Positions 1 to 13,905 of a stretch of DNA of 64,000 bases are shown here, one piece after another. Source of the stretch: Octopus vulgaris (lineage: Eukaryota); contig OX597826.1 of the NCBI GenBank assembly GCA_951406725.2, positions 46,748,001 through 46,812,000 of the forward strand. The letters are read 5' to 3'. Position numbers and translations under genes: made by a program. The notes under the pieces are model-generated. The model had not been told where the DNA came from, made no database searches, and worked only from the letters and a program-made list of their open reading frames with translations. Numbering within the stretch: position 1 is the first letter of the stretch; each line of letters starts with the position of its first letter.

Positions 1-428
1 ACGAGAGAAGCAGTGAAACGTCTGATGCTAAATAAGTCAGCGTTGAATCAGTGATCCTAGATTCGCGGGGCTCGGAAATATCTCATATCATAGTCAGGAA
101 ATGAAAACGATAGTCGTATATGGTATTGCACCATAACAAGATGCTAAATACTAACGCTTCGGTGTTGGAGAGGGACACTAATCGACAAAGAAATAAATAA
201 AATTCAGTCCATATTTATTCTCATACCACTCTAAAATATATCAAAAATAGATCATTGTAACTTAAGATATTTCTGTTGAGTATCACAGTGGTAAACCATA
301 TTCGAAGTATAAGTATCCTAAGTTCAGTTAATCGGTGTGTCTTGCAAGCTCTCTGATTCTGATTTCGAATTTCCCGCTTACATCTACTAACGGTAACTTA
401 AGCAACTTATATAAGACAAATAAAGGTA

Positions 429-647
429 CATTAATCCCTCGACAATCGCGGGTGTTACGTTCCATAACCCCAAGTGATAGGTGAAATTCCGCGCAGTAGA
501 AACAGTACTGTATAAAGTTTTTCATTATTTTTTATAATTTGTATATATTTATTTTATTATAAATGCAGAACAACTCCAAGGAGGAATCGACGTAAGTTTA
601 AACAATAAACCGCGATAGGTGAACTGCGATATGGTAAGGGATTACTG
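429..647. mobile_element. Tigger/pogo-like MITE
   Basis: Imperfect TIRs CATTAATCCCT (429) and AGGGATTACTG (ending 647; reverse complement CAGTAATCCCT), with TA on both sides (427-428, 648-649). Confidence 0.7.
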
Positions 648-959
648 TATATTGGTGGTTGTATAAATAAATTAAAATATAATAAAATATTTTATCTATT
701 TTACGTTCATCGTAAAATAGATAAAACGAAGTTTGCTTTAGAAGCATTGAGATGTCTTAGAAAGTTAAAGAAGTGAATTTAAATTCTCAAACGCAGGATA
801 ATGCTAATAATATAGCCTGAACAGGATAAGCTACCCATATTTTGCAGAAAAAGTGTTGGTGGCCGGCTATTTTAAAATCAATCAAGGATACAAGTAATAA
901 TTTCTAATTTCAAGTGGATGATGGTTTTGATGCGGTTCATCGTTTTCATTGGCCTCAGC

Positions 960-1110
960 AATGGACTGATACTTCATTTTTATTGACCACGTAAAGATGA
1001 AAGGCAAAGTTGATTTCGATAGAATTAGAACTCTGAACATAAATAAGCGAAATAAATGAGCTATGCATGTTGTTTGACTGTCTACTGATTCTATCAGTTC
1101 AACGCCTTTA
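960..1110 (-). mobile_element. degenerate SINE family A fragment
   Basis: GATGAAAGGCAAAGTTGATTTCGATAGAATTAGAACTCTGAAC is a diverged match to the family A core. Confidence 0.5.
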
Positions 1111-1613
1111 AAGGATACAAATAATGGTATAAATTTTTTTAATTAATAAAAAACAAAAAAACTGTTGATTTTAAAATTCCAGATTATGAGCAACTGCATT
1201 CAAGTAGTTATATTTTTGTTCAAAATTGTAAAGGTCTACCACATTTCTAACACCGTTACTTATAGCTCCCTATTTCGTCGTTTGGTAGCATCCCTTACCC
1301 CAGATTAATTTTTGTGCCTTGGCTTAGGATGAAGCCTATACTTCTTAGCGAAATTAAAGGATTTCCATAAATGAGATATTCTCCTTGTTTTCTTCTCCAC
1401 GCTGCTGGAATTTATTTGCGTTATATAACAATTTATTCGCATTATATAATAATTTATTTATGCCACGTACAGCGTAACTCATAACGATGCAACAGGCTTT
1501 ATTTGAATCTTGCTGCTTATGTCTTATACACTTTCCTTAATTGAAACGTTCGTTCTAGTCCTAGTTGCCCTAAAATGTATGCCACCAGTCTGAAACATTA
1601 TATTTCTGAATTA

Positions 1614-1955
1614 AGCGCAGTATAGCCCAATGGTTTAGAAGTTCGTTTCTCAGCCACAAGTTCTTGGGTTCAATCCTCTTGCTTGATATCTTAGGCAAAT
1701 GTTTTTTGTAGCCTCGAACCTACTTACACACTGAGAATAAAATTGGGTAAACGGAAGCTATATAGATGTTCTGTCGAGTAGATATACCTGTAGTTCAAAG
1801 CGTACAGCTTTGTCGTACGGTGTGACGCACTGGTTCTCCTTGAGAGTTATATTGAATTATACGTGTCTGTGGAACGCTCCGCTACTTACACATTAATTCA
1901 GGAGCAGGTTATTCCATTGATCGAACAAGTTAATCCTCCTTGTCAAACGACGAGC
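1614..1955 (+). mobile_element. old tRNA-derived SINE with family D-like head/body and family B-like tail
   Basis: A/B-box-like head (TAGCCCAATGGTT...GGTTCAATCC), D-like CTTAGGCAAATG...TAGCCTCG, then B-like ACGTGTCTGTGGAACGCTCCGCTACTTACAC. Confidence 0.55.
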
Positions 1956-2149
1956 ATCCACCACTACCATATTAATGAAAACTAACCGAAGACATGAAAG
2001 AATAAATCGGAGCAATGATTGTACATCTACTTGACTCCCTCAGTTGAGAAACGGCCATACATTTCACGAGTAAAATTTAAACTGAAACCAGAGAAAAAGA
2101 ATGAAATACCACTGTATAACAAATTTTTTTATTGTCTTTGGTCAATAAG

Positions 2150-2972
2150 TGTTATTTCCTATTTGCTTCTATCTAGAAATCAAAGGCAATGACTACTATT
2201 CCCTTCAAACCTTGCTTTTGTGACCTAGATATCAATGTTTTGAATCTGACCCGTTTTCCATTACATTTCAGACAGATTAATCTCTGAGTTGCTGAAGCAG
2301 AAATATCCTTTTCTACATAAGGCACAAGGACCGAAATTTTTGGGGAGTGGGGCCAGTCGATTAGATCGACCTCAGTATGAAACTGGTGCTTAACTTATCG
2401 ACCCCCAAAGGATGAAAGGCAAAGTCGACCTCGGTGGAATTTGAACTTAGAACGTAAAGACAGACAAAATACCTATTTCTTTACTACCCACAAGGGGCTA
2501 AACACAGAAGAGACAAACAAGGACAGACAAATGGATTAAGTCGATTATATCGACCCCAGTGCGTAACTGGTACTTATTTAATCGACGCCGAAAGGATGAA
2601 AGGCAAAGTAGAGCTTGGCGGAATTTGAACTCAGAACGTAACGGCAGAAAAATAGGTTTATGCATTTCGGCCGGCGTGCTAACGTTTCTGCCAGCTCGCC
2701 GCCTTATGAAGCAGAAATATCGTTATAGCAAATATTCTGGTCAATACCATACACTTGCTTATCAGTTACTTGATCTTAACCAGTTGCGCATTTCCCTTAG
2801 TGGCTGACAACATGTGCATCTCTGATCATGAGAAGGAGTAGTAGGGGGAGCATCATAACCATGCGCTGAGAGGTGTTTCTTCGGAGTTTGAATAAATGTA
2901 TCAAAAGCAAATTTTGAAAGAAATATTAGCCATTTTTCATACCTTCTAAGAGTAAGCAAATAGGAAATAACA
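2150..2972. mobile_element. MITE with 19-bp perfect terminal inverted repeats, interrupted by a SINE A
   Basis: TGTTATTTCCTATTTGCTT (2150-2168) and AAGCAAATAGGAAATAACA (2954-2972) are exact reverse complements; similarity extends imperfectly to about 30 bp. Confidence 0.7.
2308..2705 (-). mobile_element. SINE family A, dimeric
   Basis: Head GGCGGCGAGCTGGCAGAAACGTTAGC on the minus strand, two core copies, 15-bp TSD TGAAGCAGAAATATC (2293-2307, 2707-2721). Confidence 0.9.
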
Positions 2973-3143
2973 GTTGCTATACTCAAGGACAAAAATCGTT
3001 TTATACAGTGTAATTACATGACATTATAATTTGGATGTTGGCAATGAACAGATCTCGCGATAAATTGCTTTGACGACGAATTAACGGCTGCCGATTTACT
3101 CTAGCGCTCTTATTTCATCGGTCTTGACCCTACAGTGGTAAAA

Positions 3144-3527
3144 GTGGAGGCGCAATGGCCCAGTGGTTAGGGCAGCGGACTCGCGGTCATAGGATCGCGG
3201 TTTTGATTCCCAGACCGGGCGTTCTGAGTGTTTATTGAGCGAAAACACCTAAAGCTCCACGACGCTCCGGCAGGGGATGGTGGTGATCCCTGCTGTACTC
3301 TTTCACCACAACTTTCTCTCACTCTTACTTCCTGTTTCTGTAGTACCTGTATTTCAAAGAGCCGGCCTTGTCACTCTCTGTGTCACGCTGAATATCCCCG
3401 AGAACTACGTTAAGGGTACACGTGTCTGTGGAGTGCTCAGCCACTTACACGTTAATTTCACGAGCAGGCTGTTCCGTTGATTCGGATCAACCGGAACCCT
3501 CGTCGTCGTAACCGACGGAATGCTTCC
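3144..3527 (+). mobile_element. SINE family B, full length, tRNA-derived
   Basis: A box TGGCCCAGTGG, B-box-like GTTTTGATTCC, 12-bp TSD ACAGTGGTAAAA (3132-3143, 3528-3539); related copies at 15897 and 60440. Confidence 0.9.
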
Positions 3528-3900
3528 ACAGTGGTAAAAATTGAAATGAAACTAGTTTGGATTTGATCGCAATACGTTTAGGAGTGAAAGTTGATATTGA
3601 AATGCTTTTAATTCGGATTTCTAAAACTTCGATCAACACTGCATTGCTGTATCAGCGAAACTATAATAACTGTGACTTTTTATAATTGTTTTTTGGGGAA
3701 AAAAAAAATCTATGGATATTCAAATTTTACTTTCAAAATACAATGATAGAAAATAATAGTAAAACACAATCGATAATTCGATGAGAGTTGAAAGTTAATT
3801 GAAGAAATCAAGTATTCGTATCAGGATGAAATGTGCGGTCCTCCCTTGAATTAATTGATAAAAAAGTAGAATTATATAAACGTAAAAAAATAAAGCAAAC

Positions 3901-3934
<34 letters not shown>

Positions 3935-4131
3935 TGGTGACTAAGAGAATGGGAATACTGCTCAAAACACCGGTACGTATAAATGACGGGACAAAATCAC
4001 ATATATAATAGAACATTGGAAAAAAGAAAAAAAAACAGCCAACATACACACGATGAATAATTATGCATAGAGAGATGAGATACTTCATATAGTTTAGCTT
4101 TACACAGATCCAGCCTCTCACACAAATAAAG

Positions 4132-4848
<717 letters not shown>

Positions 4849-5877
4849 TATATCTTCGTACATACAACATATGCATATACGTACACATATATTTCTGAAT
4901 GCTATCAAAGATGTCTGTCCTAGATTAAAAAATACCTGCATTGAACGTCTGTCTCATCATAATTTTACACTTTAATTGTGTATAATATACAGTGACAGAG
5001 GTAAGCCATCTTTTGATCTAGCGGATAGATATAGAACAGAAGGAAAAGAAAGAAGAAGAATAAGAAAAGAGTGAGAGAAGTACAACATAGTGCAATCATT
5101 TAATTGCAAATGAAATAGTCTGGGATTTTTTTTTTTTAAACAAAGCCACATCAAAAGTTGAAAACATTAAAAACTACACAAACATACACACACAAAAACA
5201 CAAACACACGTACACGTACAGCGTAGTAACGCTGTTCTTTTTACCAGTCGTTTCTGTAATGGCTGTTTGCAATGTAATGGTTTTATACAAGCTTGTTAGA
5301 AATAGTGTGTTCGTATCTTAAAATGTTTGAAAACAAGAAAGGATAATGAATTAAAATAAACAAAACCAAAAAAAAAAAAAAAAAAAAAAACTGAAATAGA
5401 AATAATAAAAAAATAAACAGAATAAAATTAAAATGTAATAAAATAAGAACGACAATAACAAGAAAAACGAGAGAAACTGCTACAGAAAGTCGTTAGACAC
5501 CTGTTTTTATTGATCCAACTTTTCAAAATGATTTGCACCACTTCCATTACAATTGGTCACCATTAAACAGAAATGTACGTGACTGAAAATCGTGGCTTGC
5601 TCTATCTATTTCAGAATTGAAAAAAATTGGTAAATACCAAAAAAAAAAAAAATAAATAAATAAATAAATAAATGAAAAAAAACAAAGCAACAACAATAAA
5701 AACAAGAAATTTAAAAAAATAAATAACAGCAGAATAAAATATACAAAATAAAATTATAATAAAAAGAAAGTTAAAAAGTTGCTGCTTCGATGAGTAGCTT
5801 AGTCTGTCGATGTATGAAGAAGAGGTAGAGTGGAAATTGAAAGTCTTCAGACTATGTGTGGGTATATATATATATAC

Positions 5878-5939
<62 letters not shown>

Positions 5940-6099
5940 CGCTGTATTGCAGTATCGACTACACTCTCGGATGTTACACGTCACTGGTCACAGTGAATTT
6001 CATCACATTGTTATAGCTTCCAAATGATGCCACCCCACACTGTTCATGTGGGCAGGCCAATATACCCCACTGAAATGAACGCTAGTCCGTCATAGGGTT

Positions 6100-6195
6100 A
6101 CTCATTTACAGGTGAGTGGACTGGAGCAGTGTGAAATGAAGTGTTTTGTGCCAAAACAGAGCAAGCCAGGGAATCGAAACCACAATCTTGCGTGC
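6100..6195 (-). mobile_element. SINE family C core fragment
   Basis: ACTCATTTACAGGTGAGTGGACTGGAGCAGTGTGAAATGAAGTG matches the family C core at 47545-47600. Confidence 0.6.
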
Positions 6196-6264
6196 AATAC
6201 ACAAAACACTAGAACAAACCCCTTCACCCAACGATATATATATATACGTTCGTTTATTGTTATT

Positions 6265-6445
6265 CTTCTATTTGTTTCAGTCATTTTCACTGCGGCTATG
6301 CTGGAGCACCACTTTCAGTCGAACAAGTCGACCTCCAGGACTTATTTTTTGTAAGCCTAGCACTTATTCTATCGGTCTCCTTTGCCGAACTGCTAAGTTA
6401 CAGGGACGTAAACAAGCCAACAACGGTTGTCAAGCGATGTGATGT
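6265..6445 (-). mobile_element. SINE family D 3' half
   Basis: TGTTTCAGTCATTT...ATGCTGGAGCACC...GTAAGCCTAGCACTTATTCTATCGG matches the D tail. Confidence 0.75.
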
Positions 6446-6460
6446 GGGGGAGAGGACAAA

Positions 6461-6537
<77 letters not shown>

Positions 6538-6609
6538 CTCTTATGTATTAGCTTTGCAAGATTCTTGATGGGAAATCGTGTGTTCAAACAGATATTTTTA
6601 TACCTGGTG

Positions 6610-6740
6610 ATTGTCATATTTTGCCAATTATACACACGCACTATATATTTGGTCTTCACTTCAGCTTTATTGTTATTATATTGCCTTTGTCTAAACGCTT
6701 TCGTCAGACATCCCACGTGTCTCGTCTTGTTCTACTTATT
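6610..6740. repeat. dispersed repeat shared with 32890-33040 (family H4)
   Basis: Shared ACACGCACTATATATTTGGT...CTTCAG...CTTTCGTCA. Confidence 0.55.
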
Positions 6741-6794
6741 TCAATTTTGAGTGAGAGCTTAGATAAAGACACTAAAACAATTATGATAATAATA

Positions 6795-7191
6795 TTTTCT
6801 ACTCTAGGCGCAAGGGCCGAAACTTTGGGGGAGGGGGCACAGTCGATAAGATCGACCCCAGTACGCAACAGGTATTTAATTTATCGACCCCCTAAAGGAT
6901 GAAAGGCAAAGTTGACATCGGCGGAATTTGAACGCAGAATGTAAAGATAGGCGAAATAGCTATTTCTTTACTACCCACACGGTGCTAAACACAGAGAAGA
7001 CAAACAAGGACAGACAAACGGATTAAGTCGATTACATAGACCCCAGTGCGTAACTGGTACTTAATTTATCGACCCCGAAAGGATGAAAGGCAAAGTCAAC
7101 CTCGTCGGAATTTGAACTCAGAACGTAACGCCAGACGAACAACCAATAAGCATTTCGCCCGGTGTGCTAACGATTCTGCCAGCTCGCCGCC
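6795..7191 (-). mobile_element. SINE family A, dimeric
   Basis: Same head/core/linker/tail as 2308-2705; TSD-like AATTAT(G/A)ATAATAAT on both flanks. Confidence 0.9.
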
Positions 7192-7273
7192 AAAATTATA
7201 ATAATAATCTATATGAAATGACAACCAAGTATATAATGCATGTATATAATTGACAAAATATTATCATTTTCTA

Positions 7274-7329
<56 letters not shown>

Positions 7330-7348
7330 AAGACATGTATCGCCTTGA

Positions 7349-7600
7349 CCTTCGAAACGTGGAGTAGATGAAATTAAGGCGACTGAAGAAGGGAATTATC
7401 CTTGTTTTGTATGTCCTGTACTCTATTTTTTCGTTGTTTAAAAAAAATTTCCATTTCCTTGGTTTTTGTGTTTATGTTTTCGTTTCTCATTGTGTTCGAC
7501 GTTATTTTGGTGTCCTGTACCCATATATGCATGTATATATACATGTAGCGGTAGGTACGTACATATATGTATGAATATATGCATATATTTTATTTATTTA
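7349..7600 (+). repeat. dispersed ~250-bp repeat, family H3
   Basis: CCTTCGAAAC...CTGAAGAAGGG...GGTGTCCTGTAC; other copies at 36555-36806 (-) and 57064-57290 (+). Confidence 0.75.
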
Positions 7601-7617
7601 TTAATTTATTATATATG

Positions 7618-7665
<48 letters not shown>

Positions 7666-9026
7666 AGCTGAAAACTCGTGATCGAATATTACCATCGCCC
7701 GATCCAAAGTCCCTCACATGCGAAGGATGCGACCAGCCATTTTTGTGATAAGTCTTATTTTTTTTTCCAAGCGATGCCTGTCCATGATTTGTTATAATGG
7801 GGAAAGTATTTACACAAATCCAATCCCATTTTCTGAACATGGACAACATAAACTCGAAAAGAAGAACTAGTCTACATAATCGAACATTGGTAGTGTTGCA
7901 GGTTTTCTCATCTCCTAGAGAGATGTTGTGATCATAATAGAGGGGCCTCGCACTCCTAGTGGGCCAACCGCACACCTGGACACCAACGCAGGCATTTCCA
8001 CGTCCCGCGCATACATGCATGCATAATATATACACATGTACACATATTGATAGATGGTCGTTGACTACTCATGAGCACTTCTGGCCTTCGACAGGTCTTA
8101 TTTTTAGTACTGCAGGGTGTCTTACAATCACCCTCTTCACTAAGTAAGCTTGATGGGTTTTCAGTTTCCCGTTCAGTCTCCGAGGACCCGATCATGGAAC
8201 AGGTTTTACTGGGTTAGATGTTACCTGTAACGCCCAAAAGTGACCTGATATAATACACACACACACACACGTTTATCAATTTGCAAGATTATATTCACAT
8301 ATACACATGCATACACACACGCATATGAATATTTGTTAGTTGTACAAACATATACACATATACACATATATCTAATTCATATTTCTGTCGTCATTCAAAT
8401 GAAATGGACAGCTTTTAACATTAAATGTGTGATTCTTACGGTGATGTATCCACAAGTTTGTTGTATCTCGGTAGGATCATTTTACCAATAATAGACATAT
8501 GCTTTGATTCAATTTCACTTCTTTATTATTCGTCAATTGTTTACCTATCTAACGAAGTAATTGGTTGTTTGATTAATCATTCAGTTAATCAATCAATCAA
8601 TCAATCCATCAATCAGTCAATCAATCAATCAATCAGAGGACTTTGATGAACAGAAATAATTGAATGATTAGCTGGATGATTGATCAACAATCGATTAATT
8701 CGTTAAATAGTTAGAGAATAATAAAGAAGTGAAATTAAACCAGTGCATGTGTTTATTCTTGACATAATGACCCTTCCGAACTACAAAAAAGTCAGTTTTA
8801 ACACATGAGTTGACATCAAAAGTCTTGCAAACTAAATACATAAATGAAATATTCAGAACATCAATATATGGTATTCGATAGCTCGTATCTGCAATTATGT
8901 ATAGAGTTAATGAAGTCCCTAAATTCCTCTCGAAGTTTTCTTTCAGCATCCATTTGTCTAATGGGTAGATCCTCAAAGAATTATTATTGCTGGGTATGTG
9001 ACAAATTTGGCAGCTAAATCATCTGA

Positions 9027-9067
<41 letters not shown>

Positions 9068-9414
9068 ACATATATGTTACACAGTCTCTCACCTCTTGCC
9101 GGTATAGCTTCCTTTTGCGGAAAGAGACGTTAAGCCAATGAATATTATTTATTAATAGATTAATGGATTAGTGATAAAAAGGCCGTTACGATGTCCCTAT
9201 TTTTCTCGTGACTACATGAATCACTAAAATAATTAGCGAAATCATGGTAATTATCATTAAGCCATATTCGCTCGCGAGTAACGACTGTCTGTACTCTATT
9301 GATAGAGTGTATCTCGTACACGAATGGTTATGATAGTTAAAGCTGAAATAAACCCTTTGTTTTAATGAATTACATTCATACAAACAATGTTTTTATTTAT
9401 CTTTTGCCATTTTT

Positions 9415-9798
9415 TTCCTGTCTGTTACTTGTTTCAGTCTTTGAATTCCGGTCATGCTTGAGCACCATCTTGAAGGGCCTAAGTCAAACGAATCGACCCC
9501 AGTACATTTTATCTTAATTCTTGTACTTATTCTATCATTCTCATAGACCGAAACACTAAATAACGGGGACGTAAACAAACCAACACCTGCTGAGAAGCTT
9601 TTAGAGGGCACAAACACAAGAATACACACACACTCACACACACACACACACACGACGGACCACGCAGTTTCCGTTCACAAGGCATTGGTCGGCTCAGGAT
9701 TATAGTAGAAGGTACTCGCCCAGTGTGCCGCGCAGTGGGACTGAACCCGGATCCAAGTGGTTGCAAAGCGAGCTTCTTATCCACACTCCCATGCCTCC
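9415..9798 (-). mobile_element. SINE family D, diverged
   Basis: D tail, internal (CA)n, and head CGCAGTGGGACTGAACCCGG. Confidence 0.8.
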
Positions 9799-11377
9799 TA
9801 TTAATAACTTATTTTAATTCACAGTGAGACACAATAAATTCTTAATGAATGTTAATTTACTAATGATTTGACTAATGATTTAACTACCTTTTTTTGTTAT
9901 ATTTTCAGTGAAAGTATATTTGAATAGTCCAATCATTTCGAAGAAATATCTAAATGAACGAAAAGTAGTTTCAATTCTAAGTTTCATCAGATTTTGTACG
10001 ATCTTCTGAAGAAAACAACAAATTTTTTGTGTGATAAAAATGGGTGTATTTTGTCATGCAGTTAAGATAAACGAATTAGTCGTTTCACGCCTTAACTGTA
10101 ATGTTGCCACCTACATTCAAGCGATGAAACGTCTCAACCAATGAGAAGAGATACGGTAACATTTTCACTTACCTCTCTCGTATAATGGACGGTATGTGTT
10201 TGTACTTCAGGCTGAAATCTACCATCGGTGTGATGGTAATGGTATAGGCGAATATCGACATTGATATCTCTTGGCCACTTATCAAAAAAGTCCACACAGG
10301 CTGACAGGCGGATGTAGCAGAAGATAATGTATCTTAGTCTCTATCATAAAGAAACATTATAAATATTATGTATTTAGAAAGGATAGTTTCGTCATCAAAT
10401 GTGACAAATATTATTAACGATTCGGCATGAGAAGACAGGGCAGTATTTCGTGCCATAATGTAAGGTCATGATTACCTCAATTAATTGTCTGATATACTAG
10501 TTATTCTTTTTGAAACAATCGCAAGCATTAAATTTTCAAACAAGCAACTGGTATCAAAAAGTAGACAGGCAAGAAACGGTGGAGGTGGTGATGGTGGTGG
10601 CGGGAGGAAATAAAAGGGAAAGGAGGAAAAAATAAAAGAAAAACCCCAGAAAGAAGGAAAGAAAATTTATAACGGAAACTAGTCAAGTTTTCATCCAATA
10701 TGACAGACATATAGAAGAGGAATAAGAAAAAATGGGGTAGGTTGTTAAACAAAGAAGGAAGGAAAATAAAGCAAGCTGCACTTCTTAATGTTATTTCATA
10801 AATTATTTTAATGTCTGAGAATGCACATCTGGAAGTTATAATTCAAAATTCAACTTTTTTTCTGTTGACTGATATGCTTTCAATGTCTGGCATTGTATAT
10901 ACGCCAATAAAAGACAAAAATGAAGACACTGTTACAAGTCTGTACGTCTGAAGTTTGTGGGAAATAGGGTCTGATACGATGTAAGGAGGTGCAAGAATTA
11001 ACCCCCAACGTATATACACATCCAACACAGGCTTTCATTCTTCTGAGTCAATCTTACTAACCAGGTTCAAGGTTGAACAGGAAATTAGGGTCAAGGTTGA
11101 ACAGGAAATAAACTGAATAAGCAGACATCAGTAAGCTATTATCTCTAATATTCAGAACTAGCAGGTTCAAGACCCGTCTACGTTGGTATTTTCCTGGTCT
11201 GTGATTATTTTGATATTGAATCTGACCCGAAGACATTAAAGTTTTCTTAAATGAATTCCAAGAATATAAACATGAATATAATGGAATATTAAACAACTAT
11301 ATTATAATTTTACTACCACGAGATGTTTTGGTTAATTATCCAATCTTTCCCAAGTTATATACATACATTTTCACACG

Positions 11378-11408
<31 letters not shown>

Positions 11409-12320
11409 GCGTATGCGCATTCGGAAATAAATGGTATAAGCACAGACGGTATGTAATCACATTCATTGGCCTGCAGCTATTTCCGCAGTAAGAAATTGTG
11501 CACCCAGAGGTAACAGTGTGCCAGCCTCAAGCGAGCCTTAACACATGCATACATACGCACACGCGCGCGCTAATTTATAAATAAATGAATAAACATTCAA
11601 GATTTTGGGATGGAAAATTACTCGTGAATAAAGAAACAAGTGTAGACATGAAATAAATATTTCATTAGCTGGCAGTCGGGAATTTAACATTATGACAGGA
11701 CCAGGTTGAAGAAGCATGAGTGCTGCTATGCTGATTAGCCTAAATTAGATGATTCTAAGGAAAAACGACCGTTTTCTTTCTTGGTATAGATCTTAATCAA
11801 ATTAACAGTGATTCTCATCTCTGTCAACCTCCGTCTTGTAGAAAGGAGAAGCCGAACTCAGTAATTTTCTCTAACGAAATACTCCACTGTTTCTGCCCTT
11901 TGATATCTATTTATACCTAGGTGAACATTGTTAGGGGAGAGCTAAATGTTTTAAGTATGGACGTCACATAGTGTTGGTCACAAAATACGACTGCTGAACT
12001 CTTGGCTAATTATCCCACGTCTTTCACTGTGGGGTATCTGCTATTCTGGTAATACTGTATGTAAAATTGTGACGTGGTAGAGAAGAAATTGATGGCAAGT
12101 TGTCATTCCAAAGATGTTCATCATTGTATGACATATGTATGTGTGTACGTGTGCCTGTGCTTGATATGTATGCATTTGTGTGCGTGAGTGTATATATATA
12201 TATGCTCTCTCTCTCTCTCTCTCTCTCTCTTATGCAAAAGTGTCGTAAGTCCAAAACGTTGCTTTTTCAGAAAACGAAAAAATAGTTTCACTATTCCATA
12301 ACAAAACTATTGTACTACAT

Positions 12321-12592
12321 CAGTAGTTCCCAAAGTGGGTGGTATTGTCCCCCCTGGGTGGTGGAAAGTGCCAAGGGGTATTCAAGAAAAGTGGGGTGTT
12401 AATGGAGTAGCAATTCATGTAAAAACAGCAAAATAATGGTTTCATTAGGTTAAATTTTATTTGTGAAATACAGTTGCTTTCAATTTGCTTCAGAAAGAGG
12501 TATATGTTTGTGATGGTTAGTTGGGGTGGGGGCACTAGGAATGTGGCCCGGGTGTCAAGGGGGCGGCAGCCCGAAAAGTTAGGGAACTACGG
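12321..12592. mobile_element. hAT (Charlie-like) MITE
   Basis: TIRs CAGTAGTTCCCAAA and TTAGGGAACTACGG; imperfect 8-bp TSD TACTACAT/TCCTACAC. Confidence 0.65.
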
Positions 12593-12766
12593 TCCTACAC
12601 TTTGACAATTTTTAATATCTTGGCATCTGAAGCAGCTGGAGATACGATAGTCTGAGCAAGGAATCAGCTATTGCAAGCAGAAATAAATATTGAAAAATAA
12701 TGCATTTGGCTAAATTTGGACATACGACAGTTTAACATAATAACAACGATATGTATATGTGTGTAT

Positions 12767-12823
<57 letters not shown>

Positions 12824-12825
<2 letters not shown>

Positions 12826-13160
12826 GGTACATGCCCCAGTGATTAAACCGACGGGCTTGCAGTTATGAGGTTATGAGTTAGAATCCCGGACCGGGATGTG
12901 TGTTGTATTCTTGAATTAAACACTTTATTTCACGTTGCTTCAGTTTACTCAGCTGTAGAAATGAGTTGCGACATCACTGGTGCCAAGCTGTATTGGCCTT
13001 TGCTTTTCTCTTGGACAACACCGGTGGCGTGGAGAGGGGAGGCTGGTATGCATGGGCAACTGATGGTCTTCCACAAGCAACCTTGCCTAGAATTGTGCCT
13101 CGGAGAGAAAATTTCTAGGTGTAATTCCACGGTCATTTGTGACCGAATGGGGTTTTTACC
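12824..13160 (+). mobile_element. SINE family C (tRNA head plus CORE-like domain)
   Basis: Collinear with the reverse complement of 47345-47688; core ACACTTTATTTCACGTTGCTTCAGTTTACTCAGCTGTAGAAATGAGT. Confidence 0.85.
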
Positions 13161-13164
13161 CTTG

Positions 13165-13587
<423 letters not shown>

Positions 13588-13820
13588 ATTATTATGTCGA
13601 GGTATACATAAGAATAATTTAACATTAAACTGAAAGATTACTCAATAAAAGGGAAAAGTTGGCAGTGACTTCGAAGTTCATTAAGTATATGCGTATGAGT
13701 GTGTTTAACGGTGTAAGCATTTAAAACCGACTAACAGCTTTTAAACGCAGCTCAAGAGGCGAGTGTTTTGTGCATGACACTTGGCTATGTATGTGTGTAT
13801 GCATGTGTGTGAGTATGTTG

Positions 13821-13903
<83 letters not shown>
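13821..13903. repeat. (ATCT)n microsatellite
   Basis: Seen directly. Confidence 0.95.

Positions 13904-13905
<2 letters not shown>

Noticed and set aside
3146-3220. SINE heads as functional tRNA genes (also 16806, 47620)
   Set aside because: They keep A/B boxes but lack a complete cloverleaf and continue into dispersed repeat bodies.
11068-11109. 24-bp tandem duplication CAAGGTTGAACAGGAAAT
   Set aside because: Two copies only; an ordinary slippage duplication.
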